64,000 nucleotides of DNA. It comes from Chrysomallon squamiferum (Eukaryota; Animalia; Mollusca). The position numbers were made by a program, and so were the translations under genes. The stretch lies in contig CM022666.1 in assembly GCA_012295275.1 (NCBI GenBank), positions 6,634,001 to 6,698,000 on the forward strand. Reading direction: 5' to 3'. The notes under the pieces were generated by a model. It had not been told where the DNA came from. It made no database searches and worked only from the letters and a program-made list of their open reading frames with translations. Below are positions 1 to 14,093 of this stretch, piece after piece. Position 1 is the first letter of the stretch. Every line of letters starts with the position of its first letter.

Positions 1-748
1 TTTTGATTTTGTTTGTTTGTTTTTTTTTTTTTTTTTTTTTTTTTTGTTTTTGATTTTGTTTGTTTGTTTTTTGTTTTTTTTATAACTTTTTTTAAAGAAA
101 GTAACATCCGTTTCTCCGAAAGTAAAAAACCCAACAAAAACAACCTCTATCTTAGTTTGAGAACTCTCTCCAACAGAGTATTAGATCAAATCTCCTCAGT
201 GGTGGTAACGAGGCTTTCCACTTTCCAACCTGTGCTTCCCGCTTGATTTATAAAAGACTGTAATACTGTCATACTGACTATGGGAAGGTGTGTATTAAAA
301 AAATAATGCTGCTAACTGATAAGAGTAGATCTTTAGAACAGTGACTTCGAGTCCTTTCTCTGACTTGTCTGTGTTTTATATAAACGTGAGTAAGACACCC
401 AGTAACTGTTTATAATTAGATACAGTGACGTGTTGTTAAGTAAATAATTCATTAACGTATTCTCCATAAGTCAATAATATTAAATGATTAAAAATTATTT
501 TAAGAATAAAGAAGAAGAGAAATAAGTATTTCATAATATATGTGATGTAGAAGTATATGGAAATATAAGTAACATAAATTTACCGAATTATGATAATCTT
601 TCCATGTTATATGATATAAAGCAATGTAATGAAATAATTACGTTAAAATTGTCAAGGGACGCAATTATTTAAATGATAATTTGACTCAGTGTTAAGATGC
701 ACAGAGTTATTTCCCTTATTGTTTAAACATTATTTCTTTATTTCTTTA

Positions 749-825
<77 letters not shown>

Positions 826-1042
826 TTCATTCATTTCTTTCAGTAGGATACAAACTGAAATTTATTATATTATACTGAACAGTACTATGCTATACTATAC
901 TATATAATAAAATATGAAATCATTCTGTATATTATAATACTGTACTGTGGTATGCTATACAATACCATTCTATACTATATAATAAAATATGAACAGAATT
1001 CTGAGGATTTAGAATGGTATGGCATTCATAAAAAAAATATAT

Positions 1043-1046
<4 letters not shown>

Positions 1047-1133
<87 letters not shown>
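1047..1133. repeat. (AC)n microsatellite, representative of many (CT)n, (AAT)n and (AAAT)n tracts in the window
   Basis: Direct observation. Confidence 0.98.
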
Positions 1134-1136
<3 letters not shown>

Positions 1137-1932
1137 TAGTATCTATATCTATACATCTATTCATGAAGATGATGAAAAAGATTTGATATACTATTAAATA
1201 GACTTAGTGTAATTTACAATGAACATGGATAAATGCATTTGAATCTTAAACCTAAAATATTGTTCTAGCAACATTATACAAGTTATAATATCAGTGTACC
1301 AGAATAACCCTAACCATTGTCTTGTTTGCCAGCATGGAGTTCTCATGCTAGTAGTCCAGAATTTTCCTTGATGATATAATTTTGTCCAGTGGTCTCCCAG
1401 GAATAATACTGAGAATGTTAGCTGTAACAAAGGCAGCCATTTTTCAAAATGGTGTCCATAAAATCTTTATTTGGATGACATTTTACTACTTCAAATAAAT
1501 TTATTCATAGCAGCACAGACGATTTGATGGTATGTTTTCTTAGAGTATCGTCCTGGGAATATTTTAGGACTGGTGGTACCTCCAAATTATGATATCACTT
1601 AGTAGCTACAGTGATTTGGAGGGAGGGATTTGGAGGGAGGGTGGGTCAAAAACACAATATTATTATTTCACACAAAGAAATAATTAGTTAATAAAATAGT
1701 CTTACATGAGCAATTAAAGTAATTTTAGCAGTTTCTCTGGATTGACAGTTTTGGTGTGTAAAGAATAATGATTTTATGATCATTTTCAAAAATGGCAGCC
1801 ATTGGTTTCTAACAGTGCCAGCCTCTTTCATGTAAATCAGTATATGGATTTCATTTCATTGGCTATTCCTAATAAAAACAAGTTTTTGTATAATAATAAT
1901 ACAAATAACAGTAATAATAATAATAATAAGAA

Positions 1933-1963
<31 letters not shown>

Positions 1964-3971
1964 AAGAAGAAATAAATTAAAATTTGATACAAAGTGTATT
2001 ATAAAAATGTTTTTTGTTATTTAACATTCTTTCATTTACAATTTCAAATGTTTTGAATACAGGAAAATTAAAAATAACAAAATAATGGAGTTTATAACTT
2101 TGTTGACTTTATTTCATCAATACAAATTTTGTTTTACAAAATTTAAACCGATTTATATTTTTGTTAAATTTTTTTTTTGTGAAAAAAAAAAAAAAAATTC
2201 ACATAAATTTAAAATTTTACAAACAGTGTTTACTGATCCATTTTTATTCAGAAAAATAAATAAAATTTTCAAAACACATTTAAAAATATTATTTTTAACT
2301 GGATTTATTTTTGATAAATCAAAATAATACATGATTATTCAAAAATCCACAGTAACAAATTAATACTTTTTAATATAAAATATTTAAAGAAAATAAAACA
2401 AAATTAAACTGAGACAAAACAAATAATATCATACAAAAATGTCAAAACAAATTAATAAATAAATTAGATGTTTAAATGCTAATTTAAAAAAGGATCAAAA
2501 ACATTTTAGACCATCAACCTTTTGAAACAAATTCAAATGGAGACAAAAACAAATTTAATAAATAAATAAATATTATAAATAATAAATTATAATTTCTTCA
2601 CCCTTTTCATTCATAACTGATTCTCAATAAGATTAATTTCACCTTTGTATTTAGTTATTCCTTCTCACTTCCTATCCCCTCCTGTTTTGTACCCTAAACA
2701 TTTACTGACCATTTGGATTGTCCCACTGACTCCCAGGGGCTGGCTATTGACTTGTTGCCAATCCCTAATTCAATAGAAATCCCAAAATAGTATAATACTA
2801 AATGCCAAAAACACAAAATTCAAAAAACTAAAGTTACAAATTTATATACAATATAAAATAGTGAGTCAAAGTTATAAGTCAAAATACATGTAATTAAAAA
2901 AATATTAAATCAAAAGTAATAACCAATCAAATAAAAACAATAAAATGAACCACAATAAATAATAATGAAACAATTGTTTTTCTAAAATTCATTTCTAATG
3001 CTCTTTCTGCTAGAGGACATTATTTACTGAAGAATCATGGGAGACAACTCTAACTTTTTGCAAGTGAATTGAGAACACATGCAATGTCAGGTGTTTCCTT
3101 CAAACAGTTATAATATTTAAATTGTCTGTAATATACAGCTTAATACTATTTTGGTAAAGTTTAGTTTTAACATCATCAGCCCCAACAACAGCAAAATATG
3201 AAATATGAATAAGTATGTAAACTTAATTTTGAAGCCTTCAGATTTTTCGATATTTTTCAAGATAATATATGGCATCAATGATGTTTAAAAGGAACCAAAG
3301 TAACCAATGAGAAAATGATAATAATAATAAAACAGATAATACAAAATTATTAATTGAAATAATAATAATAATAATATAATAAAAGTAACCAAAAAAATAC
3401 AGGAGAAAAAACAAATAAAAATTGAAATAACAACAGAAAACAGAACAGCAAGAATAATGAAAAATAATAAAAATTAAAAATTAAATAGTTAATTAGAGGT
3501 CATAAACAAAAAAAAAATTAAAGAGAAACAACATCAGAACTTGAAAATAATGAATGAAACAAAAAGAATTTAAAACATTTCAAAACTCCTTTTTTTGCTA
3601 AACTAAAGCATATACCAAAATGTAAATTTTTTAAAAGCATAATCATAAAGATTAAAAATAATTTCAAGAGTAAAACAAAAGAGAAGCTATAAATCAAATA
3701 CATTTATGTTTAGCTATTTATTTAACAAGTGTGTAAATATTATCTTGACTTTGATTCTATCATTACATCACAAAAAGATGATGTCACTTCCTAATTACTT
3801 TTCATTTAAAAAAATCCAACAGAGATCTGAAGAACAATGATATAACTAGTAACAGATAAGATAGATTGCCTGATATAATATTTTTAATTCAAAAATTATC
3901 TGACAAGAATTTGAAGAAGACAGAACTAACATTTGGTAGGTATAGAAATAAAGCTTGCTTAAATATTTCAA

Positions 3972-4009
<38 letters not shown>

Positions 4010-4198
4010 TCATAACTGTACCTATATGTATGTATATCTGTATTTGTATGTATATTTATATCTACATCTCTGTGTCAAACAAATATTATTGAATTCGATT
4101 TATGTAAAAAGAAAAAAAAAATTATATCTGATTTTTCTTTCATACAAAACCCATGGATAACATGAAGATGGACCAATATAAAACAGACTACAATTTTT

Positions 4199-5670
4199 TC
4201 ATGGACTTCCAGGCAACCCTTTTGCTGCAATACTTCCCCTCACCTCTTCCATGCTGATGGTGCTTTGAGGATTTGTGGCATAACTTTCCATGATTTCTCC
4301 AGGAAGATTGTGATTCTCTGAAGCCTGGGATGAGCCAACTCTCCCTGGTGGTTTCCTTTGACCAGAATTGTTTCCCATCTGTGAAGCATCCTGTTCCTGT
4401 TGCTTCTCAAGGCTCTCGTTGTCTTCCTCTGTGCTTGAAATAGGCACAGAGTCTTGAGGCTTGCTTGTATTTTCCTCCTGGACACTCGACATCTTTGAGG
4501 AAGAAGCAATGGCTGGGCTGTAGGGAGTGATGTGTGGAGGCTCGTTTTCATTCTTCTCTTCTTTGATGTGTGCAATGGTGTTGGAGCTCTTTGAGCGAAT
4601 GGAGATGGAAGCCTGAGCTGGTTCTTCGTGGTCCATTGGTTCACTGTGTTTTCCCTCCAGCCAGTACGTTTTCATCAGACCTTTCTTCTACACAGACAAA
4701 AGTGAATGAGTGTACATTTTGTTCAAAGTATAGCTTTAACATTTGTAACATTTCAAAATGACCACAGCCTAAACACACACATATCATCCAGCTAATTATA
4801 TGTTGTCTAGTGTTCAGTTTTTATGCTAATTATGGAATATAAGCATTTTTGAAAATGACAGATGATAGAAGGACATTTGCACAGCCTAAACACACACATA
4901 TCATCCAGCTAACTATGTTTTGTCTGGTGACCAGTTTTTATGCTAATTATAAAATACAAGTATTTTTGAAAATGACAGATGATAGAAGGAAGCTGGCATC
5001 TTTTTCTGCAAAATCATCTTTCACTCAGAGATGTAAAAGAAAATGAAGAACAAACCCACAGGATTTCATTCTTTCAGGAAAAAATGAGAAACTATCAGCC
5101 TCTGCTCTTCCCAGCTTTTTATATCATTGCTACACTTTATTCTTAGCAAAGACTGATTAATAATAATAATGATGATGATGATAATGTTCTCTGTGTCTCT
5201 AGCCTAGATTAAATGTACAAAATGTGGGAAAAGACTGAGCTGTGCTATAATTATAATTCTAAAGATCAAGATATAAAATAGTATATATCTTAATCGTAAA
5301 TAAATTTAACCAGACGGATATATTTCTAATAAAAGACAGAGGTATAATTAAATTATAAATTTAACATGTATATAAAATGTGTTGAAAGACTGAGTCTAGA
5401 AATTAATTATAAACTCTAGAGTATGGATATAAAACTGCACAAAGACAAGGCCTTACCTTTACTTGGATTTCTCCACGTTCTGCCATGATGAATATTCTGT
5501 GCAGTTTCATTGATTTGTGTGTCCTTGAACTTAGATGAATTTTACCCCCTATGTAAATAATAATAATAATAATGATACTACTACTACTACTAATAATAAT
5601 AGTAATAATAGTAATAGTAATAATAATAACAACAACAACAATAACAATGATGATAATGGTAATAATAATA

Positions 5671-5725
<55 letters not shown>

Positions 5726-5786
5726 TATAGTAATGATGATATTAATAAAGAATCAGTTTATATTACTTTGCTTTATTTTGCTAAGT

Positions 5787-5833
<47 letters not shown>

Positions 5834-6282
5834 TTCGCTTAGAATATTAACTCCTTCTTAACACTATGAAGTCAAAAACATTTTCCTAATTATACACAGA
5901 ACAAAAATAGTAATTGTTGTCAGAGTAAAAATTAAATTTTAAACAATGTTTGTCCCAGATAAAAATCATAAATTATTTTATCATTACTAATTACTAAAAT
6001 ATACACAATTTTACTCACCATGTCCATTACTCTTCATCATGGCTGCCACACTTACAGACTGTCCAAAAATAGTATATCTAGGCAGATTGATTCCTACGAA
6101 ACCACCCATACACGACCCTAGAGACATAAACGAAAACTGACCAATCAGAATTGTTTTCAGTAGAAGTGTATATGATGTCAACCAATCAATGATTTGGATT
6201 TTAAACCATTCAAGAAATAATTAAATAAATAAATAAACAATATAAAAAAAAAAAAATAATAATAATAATAATAATAATAATG

Positions 6283-6355
<73 letters not shown>

Positions 6356-6525
6356 CAGTTGTGATCGTATAAACACTAACCTGTATTGATACCAATCTTC
6401 ACCTCGACATGCTTGTCACCGATGGTAAATAAAGACTGTTTTTTAGCGAGATCCAAAAAGTCTAGAGCAAGACAACCTATCTCCATAGAATGTCTGTTAT
6501 CATTTCGTACCGGTACGCCTGTAAA

Positions 6526-6590
<65 letters not shown>

Positions 6591-7376
6591 TAATAATAAA
6601 ATAAATAATAATAATAAATAAAAATAATAATCTTAATAATGATATTATTAATACCATCAACAACAACAACAACACTAATAACTATAACAATAATCTTTTT
6701 GCTGTTATGTTTATTACTACTACTATTACTACTAATGATGACAATGACTGTAACAAACCTGATGCCACCATATACGAGTCATTAATTGTCTCAACCTTAT
6801 ACACGTCATACTGGACGACTTTTTCGTCAAAAGCCGTGTACATCGTGTTCAGCAAATTCACGATTTCTTCCGGAGTGTACAAATCTGTCACTCGGGTAAA
6901 TCCGACAATTTCCGAAAACATGATCGTGGTAAATTTGAAGTACTCGGCATCGATGATTTCGTTATTTTTCAATTTGTCTGCGGCTACTCTGGGAACCATT
7001 TCGTACAAGAGGCTGTCAGTTTTTTTCATTTCTCTGTGCAGTTCTTTGGTTCTGGCGACCAGAGCCAGGGTGTACATCTGTATGTCTGAAGTGAGGGCTT
7101 GCACAAAGTAGATGACAAGAGGACACATGAGAAAGATGATGAAAAGGAAAATTCCGTTGATGGAAAGGTTACTGAAAGAAGAAACGAAAAGGTAAACGAA
7201 AGAATGGAATGTTGGTTGGATCTGTGAATCAGTGATGTAATGAATGAAAGAATATTTGTTTTTAATGATATTTTCATTTTGTTGTTCTTTTAAGAATTTA
7301 TTTGTATGTATTTGTATGACAGAAAAAGAGATACGCAGAGAGAGACTGACACTTCTATATGCACACATACACGCAC

Positions 7377-7448
<72 letters not shown>

Positions 7449-9774
7449 ACAAATCACAGTCCCAGAATGAAGTGGAGAATAGTGAAAAGTGGAGGAAAAT
7501 TGTAAAAGCTGAAGTAAAGAAATCACTCAGCTCTAACTACCAATCAACATTCAGTTTGTAATCAGACAACCAATCAGATTCAAACATAATCAAAGCCAAT
7601 CAGCCAAGCATCACACACACCACCCAAACAAGCCAAAAATTAACCAATCAACCAACACAAGCTTTTAACACACCGATCGTCCTTCTGGACAAGCATTTTG
7701 TAAGATAAACATAATCACACCTGTTCTCTTCATCAATGACAGTTTCGACCTCGTCGTTAATGATGATGGCCAGATCCTGCTGGATGACCAAAAGCGTGTC
7801 CAGATAAAGTGTCATGTTGTCAAACCACCACTGACTTTTGATAACCGAAGGATCAGTATCCACGGAGTGCTGGATCTTGAATCGGAAGTTTTCGATGATT
7901 TTCGTCAGATTCGTTCCGCTTTTCAGCATGCCTTTCTGAAAGATGGAGTCGATCTGCTTCGAGTAAAGGACCGCCGAGCGATAGTTCGACTTGAATATGT
8001 TGACGTTTCTGTTGTAGTTTTCGTAGATCGACTTCGTGGGGAATCCTCCGCGGACAAAGAACACGACGCCGAGAGCGCGTTCGATTCCGATCTGCTCCAT
8101 GCCCGTGACGATCTTCAGGTAAGAGACGAGAATTTTCCACATGGACGCTTTGTTGGACTGCGTTATCGCGTCGTAGAGCCACTCGACAAACGGTTCTATG
8201 AGCGAGTTGTAGAAGGCAATTTCGTCGAAGATGTTGAAGTTGTTCGGATTGAGCAGCTCCCTGTGGCGATTGAGGAACGTGTGGAACTTGGATTTCGAAT
8301 GGAACGAGGATGAGATGACGGTCTTCATTGGCCAGCTGGTCAGCTGGTCAAGCGCCTGGTCAGTGAGGAGGTACTCGTTTCTGAGGAAAGTCTTCGTCTG
8401 CGGACCCAGGATGCTGAGGTAGAGGACGGACATGTCTCGCTCTCGCTGAATTCTGTCGAGAAACTTTCCAATTCCAACGCTGATCTTGACAGCTGTCTGA
8501 GTCTGTAGTAAACAGATGTGAATGATCAGACATGAATGAATGGATGTGAATAATGAAAGAATAAAGAGAGGGATGATGTAAGGATAATTAGTTGATGACT
8601 GCAACAGACGAATGAATGTGGAACATGAAGAATTGATGAATTTAGAAGAATAAGTTTAATGTGTATATAGATGAATGATTTGATAAGAATTACTGAATAT
8701 GAAAAAATGAATATACGTTTGAATGTGAATGAATGAATCTGTATGAATAAATACAATTAAATTAACATACATAAATGAGTATGAATATATGTATGTTAAT
8801 TTTACATGTTAATACATACATACAAACGAATACGATACGAATGAACTAACACATGTTAACTAATACGAATAAATGAACATGTGAATGAATGGTATATAGA
8901 AAAAGAAAAAAGAGAATCATTAATATGTAATGCTATATATTGGTTTATATCCAATGTCGATGGTACATCAGAAGAAAGCTTTTAAATTTCGCTGCATGCT
9001 ATTTGAGGTAAATGAATACATTTTTACCTGTTCCATTCTTGTTTTCACCTGAAGACTTTCAAAAAGTCCATACACTGTGAAACTCGACAAAGCCAGGATT
9101 GGCAACAGAATCAAGACGAGAATTTTGAAAATCTGCAACTGCTTCCCTGTGTCCGTCAGTACGTCACTTCGACACCATATTCCTGAAGAAGATCAGAGGT
9201 CAGAGGTCACTCACTACAGCATAATTCCATATATTTTTGCATCATACATATTACGAAATACTTATTTCTCATCTTTATTCTCTTAAATCATTTTGAATCA
9301 TTTAATATTATTGACTTAAGAAGAATATCTTAATGAAACAACTTACTAATACCATAAATATAGATAAGAATAACCATCTGTAAATACAGTTGTTACTATT
9401 ACTGCGGTGTCTTCCCATTTGGTAGATTCCCAGTTCGTATAATTCCTATTTCGTAGAAAAATCTGGTTTACCGCAATACCTGATTATCTCTGCATACAAT
9501 GAACTTGGCCTGTGCATACATCTGGTTTCTTTCTAACATTCAGAGGGGGAGCGCATTGTTCCTAAATCGATTATGTAACATCAACCGAAAGCAGAATAAG
9601 CATTCACAACTCATTTGTTCTTGATTTGTTACTTTTTCATTATTTCATCATCTTCCTCCTTCTCATTATCATCATCATAATTATCATCATCAACATTATT
9701 ATTATTATTACTATTATTATTGTTGTTATTATTATTATTATTGTTATTCTTCTTATTCTTCTTATTATAATTAC

Positions 9775-9816
<42 letters not shown>

Positions 9817-11619
9817 TACTTTTTTTTTTTTTTTTTTTTTTTTTAAACTGGTTATTTCTAATTCATAAACATTTCATTTCCATTACAAAACAAGCAACCA
9901 ATAATAAACAATTTTACATCAATTTCATCTATCTATTAAAAAACAAAACGAAAAAAGAATGAAAGAAAAGAAAAATGGCTTGCTTCTGTAAGAGAATACG
10001 ACAAAAATATTATAAATAACTAATTCAGCAAATATAATTTTTAACAAAACATATTTTACATATGAGTAATTTACTTATATTCAGTAAATAGAATATTTGA
10101 ACGTTACATTTATCATTAACTTTTCGAATTCAACCGTATTCAGCTTAAACATGTACAAGATATCTGTTACTGATCATATTTACGTTATGCACACAGACAT
10201 ATTCAGATTGTGCACATATTATACAATATATGTGGCATAGTATGTACACTAAAGATATTATGACCTGCAAATACTTTGGCTATGACTGAAAAAGTTTATA
10301 CGAAGGACCAAATCATTGGGAATACTTTTAGATAAATACCTTCTTTTTTAATGATTTACATTCACTATATTTGATACATAGATTATTTCGATATTTGTCA
10401 TATTTGCATACTTTATGCGATAAGCAATATCCATGTGTCAATAATACCTCAGATTAAAGATGTAATTGGTTCCAAATTTCCAATAATTAAGTGAGGTAAG
10501 CGGGAGACTAATTTACATAGAATTAAGGTTAAAAGCAGTGGTTACTTTCTCGCTGATGAGATCTGACATAAAAAAAAAGAGTTGAAATAAGGAGAAATAA
10601 AACGGCAGTTTAGACATAAATGATTTAATAGATTGTAGATATTAAATAAACAGTAAATCATTTACAAATCAGTTTATACAAATACATTAAGAAATAAGTA
10701 TATGCCGCTCATTGTGGGTTTGGTTTCATTTAAGATATTGTATTTTGTTTCTAAAGTTATTGCCTTCCGTTTCTTTTATCATCAGCATTTGCCGGTATAC
10801 TGTTATTCGTTTTGACATATTGGAGGGGTAAATTACAAACGAGTTTAAGTCTAAAGATATTATGACAAGCAGAAGACAAAAGAGAATCAGAATATCAGAT
10901 GCACGTATGACGTGTCAACTGATCAACACAGCTGAGAGAAGCTCGTGAATGAACGAAAAATTAAAGAAAAAGGACTTAAAAACATGCACTGTATACATTT
11001 GTATCATTTATTTCGAGCAATTAACTATTAAATTAAATTTCTATTTATATAATTTGTAAAGAAGAAAGTGGGTTAAAGCGTGGTATCGTTAAGCGAGATA
11101 TTACTGTATTTGTACAATAATAATCGCTTTCCAAATAATCTGGAGCAGTTCATTAAAATGACTGAGGTAAAACCAAACATGTCAATAAGACTACTGAACC
11201 ACATTTAGCCTTTCTACGAAATGGGATTCTACCAAATGGGACTAAGCCATTACTGCTACCACTACAGCTTCTGCTTCTACTACAACAAATTTGTATTATG
11301 ATTACTGCAATCATGGTCATTACTACCACTACTTCTTTTTATCATTGCATTTATTATGTTTTAATACTACTACTACTACTTGATCCACTACAACAACAAC
11401 TACTACTACTATTACTACAGATATACACCTACTACACCTACTACTACTACTACTATAGGATTATAAGTTCTCCGCTAAAAATAAACAATAATAATTAAAA
11501 AAAGTACGATGCCAGTTGTTAGATCTTTTTGAGTGCATGACGTCAATGATGTCGTTGCTGTCGAGACTGGTGTTTTTGGAAAAACGCAGCCGGTTTCCTG
11601 GATTCTGGATCTCATCCAT
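4199..11619 (-). CDS. NIT-domain (nitrate/nitrite-sensing-like) transmembrane guanylate cyclase, 8 coding exons
   Basis: Exons 11619-11508, 9182-9028, 8502-7721, 7171-6759, 6518-6381, 6117-6019, 5548-5457, 4687-4199; all GT-AG and phase-consistent. Protein order: TM1 (KILVLILLPILALSSFTVYG), NIT-like helical domain (RIQRERDMS..., EQIGIERALG, WWFDNMTLYLD), TM2, coiled coil (EMKKTDSLLYEMVP), cyclase (TIMFSEIVGFT, VYKVETINDSYMVASG, KIGINTG, PRYTIFG, KIHLS, ERGEIQVK, MKTYWL), low-complexity tail. The start ATG exon has its own acceptor at 11712, so an upstream UTR exon is likely. Confidence 0.88.
4762..4992. repeat. 117-bp intronic direct duplication
   Basis: CACAGCCTAAACACACACATATCATCCAGCTAA at 4762 and 4879. 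Confidence 0.85.
9406..11248. mobile_element. Non-autonomous DNA transposon in the first coding intron of the NIT-GC gene
   Basis: 8-bp direct repeat ATTACTGC at 9398-9405 and 11249-11256. GG...CC termini. Inverted subterminal 15-mer repeats TCCCATTT(G/C)GTAGAA (about 3 left, 2 right). No ORF. Superfamily uncertain (MULE-like is inference). Confidence 0.7.
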
Positions 11620-12084
11620 GATAGAGTGTCGGTGAGCTATTTTTGGCAGTTTAGAAGGAGATACTCAATTAGAAACCAGAAACCGATATGGAGTCACTCT
11701 CCAATGAACAGCTGCATTAAAAATAAATAAATAAATAAATAAATACATAAATAAAATTTAACATAAACTGCATGTTTATTTTTTAAAAGGTTCATTCAAA
11801 TGACGTTTCTTATGCATTCGGATATATATTAGTTGCTACCAATCTTTTCTAATCATAAAGTAATAAACGTTTGCTGTTTATGCTTTTATTGTGTGTTAAA
11901 AACATTGATGTAGAAAGAGTAAAATTTAATAACATATTCTTCTTGGTTTTTTTTTTGTTTATTTTCTTTTTTTTAATCTGTTTGTTTTTATACTACGTAA
12001 ATATATGCACGTAAATTGATAGTTTTTTCCATGTAAAATTTATTCATTTAATTAGTTATTTAATCTTGTATTATTTTTCTAAGA

Positions 12085-12129
<45 letters not shown>

Positions 12130-12233
12130 GACACACACACATACACACTATTTATTCAAGCTTGTAATAACATATAATATATTACTAATTTTTATAATGT
12201 ATTACAAAAATCCAATCCAAAGCCTTTCTACAT

Positions 12234-12320
<87 letters not shown>

Positions 12321-12865
12321 CACAAGCATACAAATGTAATTGTATCTTCATACATTTCATAGATTTACGTATGTTTAATACAGCATTATATCATAGATAG
12401 TTACATAAATTAAATCATTTTACTTATGTTTCTGGTAATAATATGGTAACACAAAATTTTTTATTAATTTATTATAAAATGAATAAAAAATAAAACAAAA
12501 TAAAACAAAAAATAAAAAACAAAACCCTAAAACAAAGTTAATTTTTACCAAAACAAACCAAGATAACTTACCACAAAACCGTAAAAACCACCAATCAAAC
12601 AACAAATATTAACTTTAAAATATTACTGACAGTTCAACATGGCATCCAGTTTGTCTGTAGAATATTCCTTCAAACAGTTGAAGATGGTTACCATAGATAC
12701 AACTCAGTTTTGTTTCCTTGGTAATGCTGTTTTGACTCAGTTTGATTTTTTTGCCCTTGCTTTGCCAATGGATACTGGCTGGATTTTGAATATATTACAA
12801 ATTTATTTCTATCCTACAACAGACACATTTGTTATTATAGTGTTTTTACCCTTAATACAATTTAA

Positions 12866-12901
<36 letters not shown>

Positions 12902-14093
12902 AGATATTCCATATTTTACCTACATTACTAATATTTTTAATTATAATTACTCAAAATTTTCTTAAACTCATTGTATTGTTATTAAATCTATTAAAACATG
13001 TTTAATTAATTTATTTTTCTCTATAAGAAGATAAATAATGAAGATTTATTATAATCAATTTATTCTGGATAATATTGTTATAATTTCCAAATGTGAATGA
13101 TGATAATAATAAGAAAACTGGCATACACAAACTCATCTATATATATATATATATATATTAGTCACATTTGAAAATCATAAAAAATAATGTTTATTAATAA
13201 TAGATTATTATTAGTAATGTATAAAACCTGTTATACAAAAAATAATTAAAAAAGTAAATAAAATAAAATAAATTCAGTGATTAGCAATAAATATATTAAA
13301 AATAATAATAATACATATATATATATATACAGTGTATATTACTGGAATAGTTTAAACAGGAAGTATTTAACAAGAGAGGCTAATGTACATGTTAGGCATA
13401 TATGAATATGATTATACAACAAGTGAATTGTGTATTACACTTTTTAATTTACAATGTTAAAATGTATATATACTGTTGTTTTTAACTTTCAAACGATCCA
13501 AATAAATTTTGCAAACATCCAAAATAGTTCTTGTTAATCTAATTTGTACTGTAAACAAAAAGACTATTTTGATTACTTTCAAATGATTTTATTGTTTGTT
13601 TCATAAAATGATTGTTCTATTTTTGTCCAAGAAACCAACCTTTGCTAGTAATAAAGTTTAACAGGATTTATAATAACCTTATGATTGTTAATATTAAACT
13701 ATGACAAAAGCAAACTTAGTAATAATTTATTACAGTAATATAGGAAAATTATGATAAAAATTTGCTAATAATAAACTATTACTATTACATGATAGGTTTC
13801 AGTGGATACCAAACATTTTTTAATAATAAAGTTTGAGAGCAGTGTAACATAAATGTAAAAAAACTAATGCTAGCTAATAATAAAGTATAACTAATATATA
13901 ATAGATGGTCAAGAACTAATCTTTGCTAATAATAAAGATTGACAGCAGTATAACAAAAAGAAATATGAAATTTTGCTATTTCTTTTAAGTTTATTGTTAT
14001 TATTTTGTTACATTTGTGTATGTAAATTGCAACTCATAAATAACTTAAAATTAAAAAAATAATAAATAATGTTCTCTGCGTCATTTAATGTAT

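Noticed and set aside
105-395. Possible first exon or tRNA-derived SINE near the window start
   Set aside because: One donor-like GTGAGT and a vague A-box only; no B-box, cloverleaf or downstream exons identified.
1306-1316. TAACCCTAACC telomere/template-like 11-mer
   Set aside because: Isolated, with no recognisable pseudoknot context; the surrounding sequence looks like a degraded repeat.
7853-8422. Alternative-frame and antisense ORFs over the NIT exon
   Set aside because: By-products of the GC-rich coding exon.
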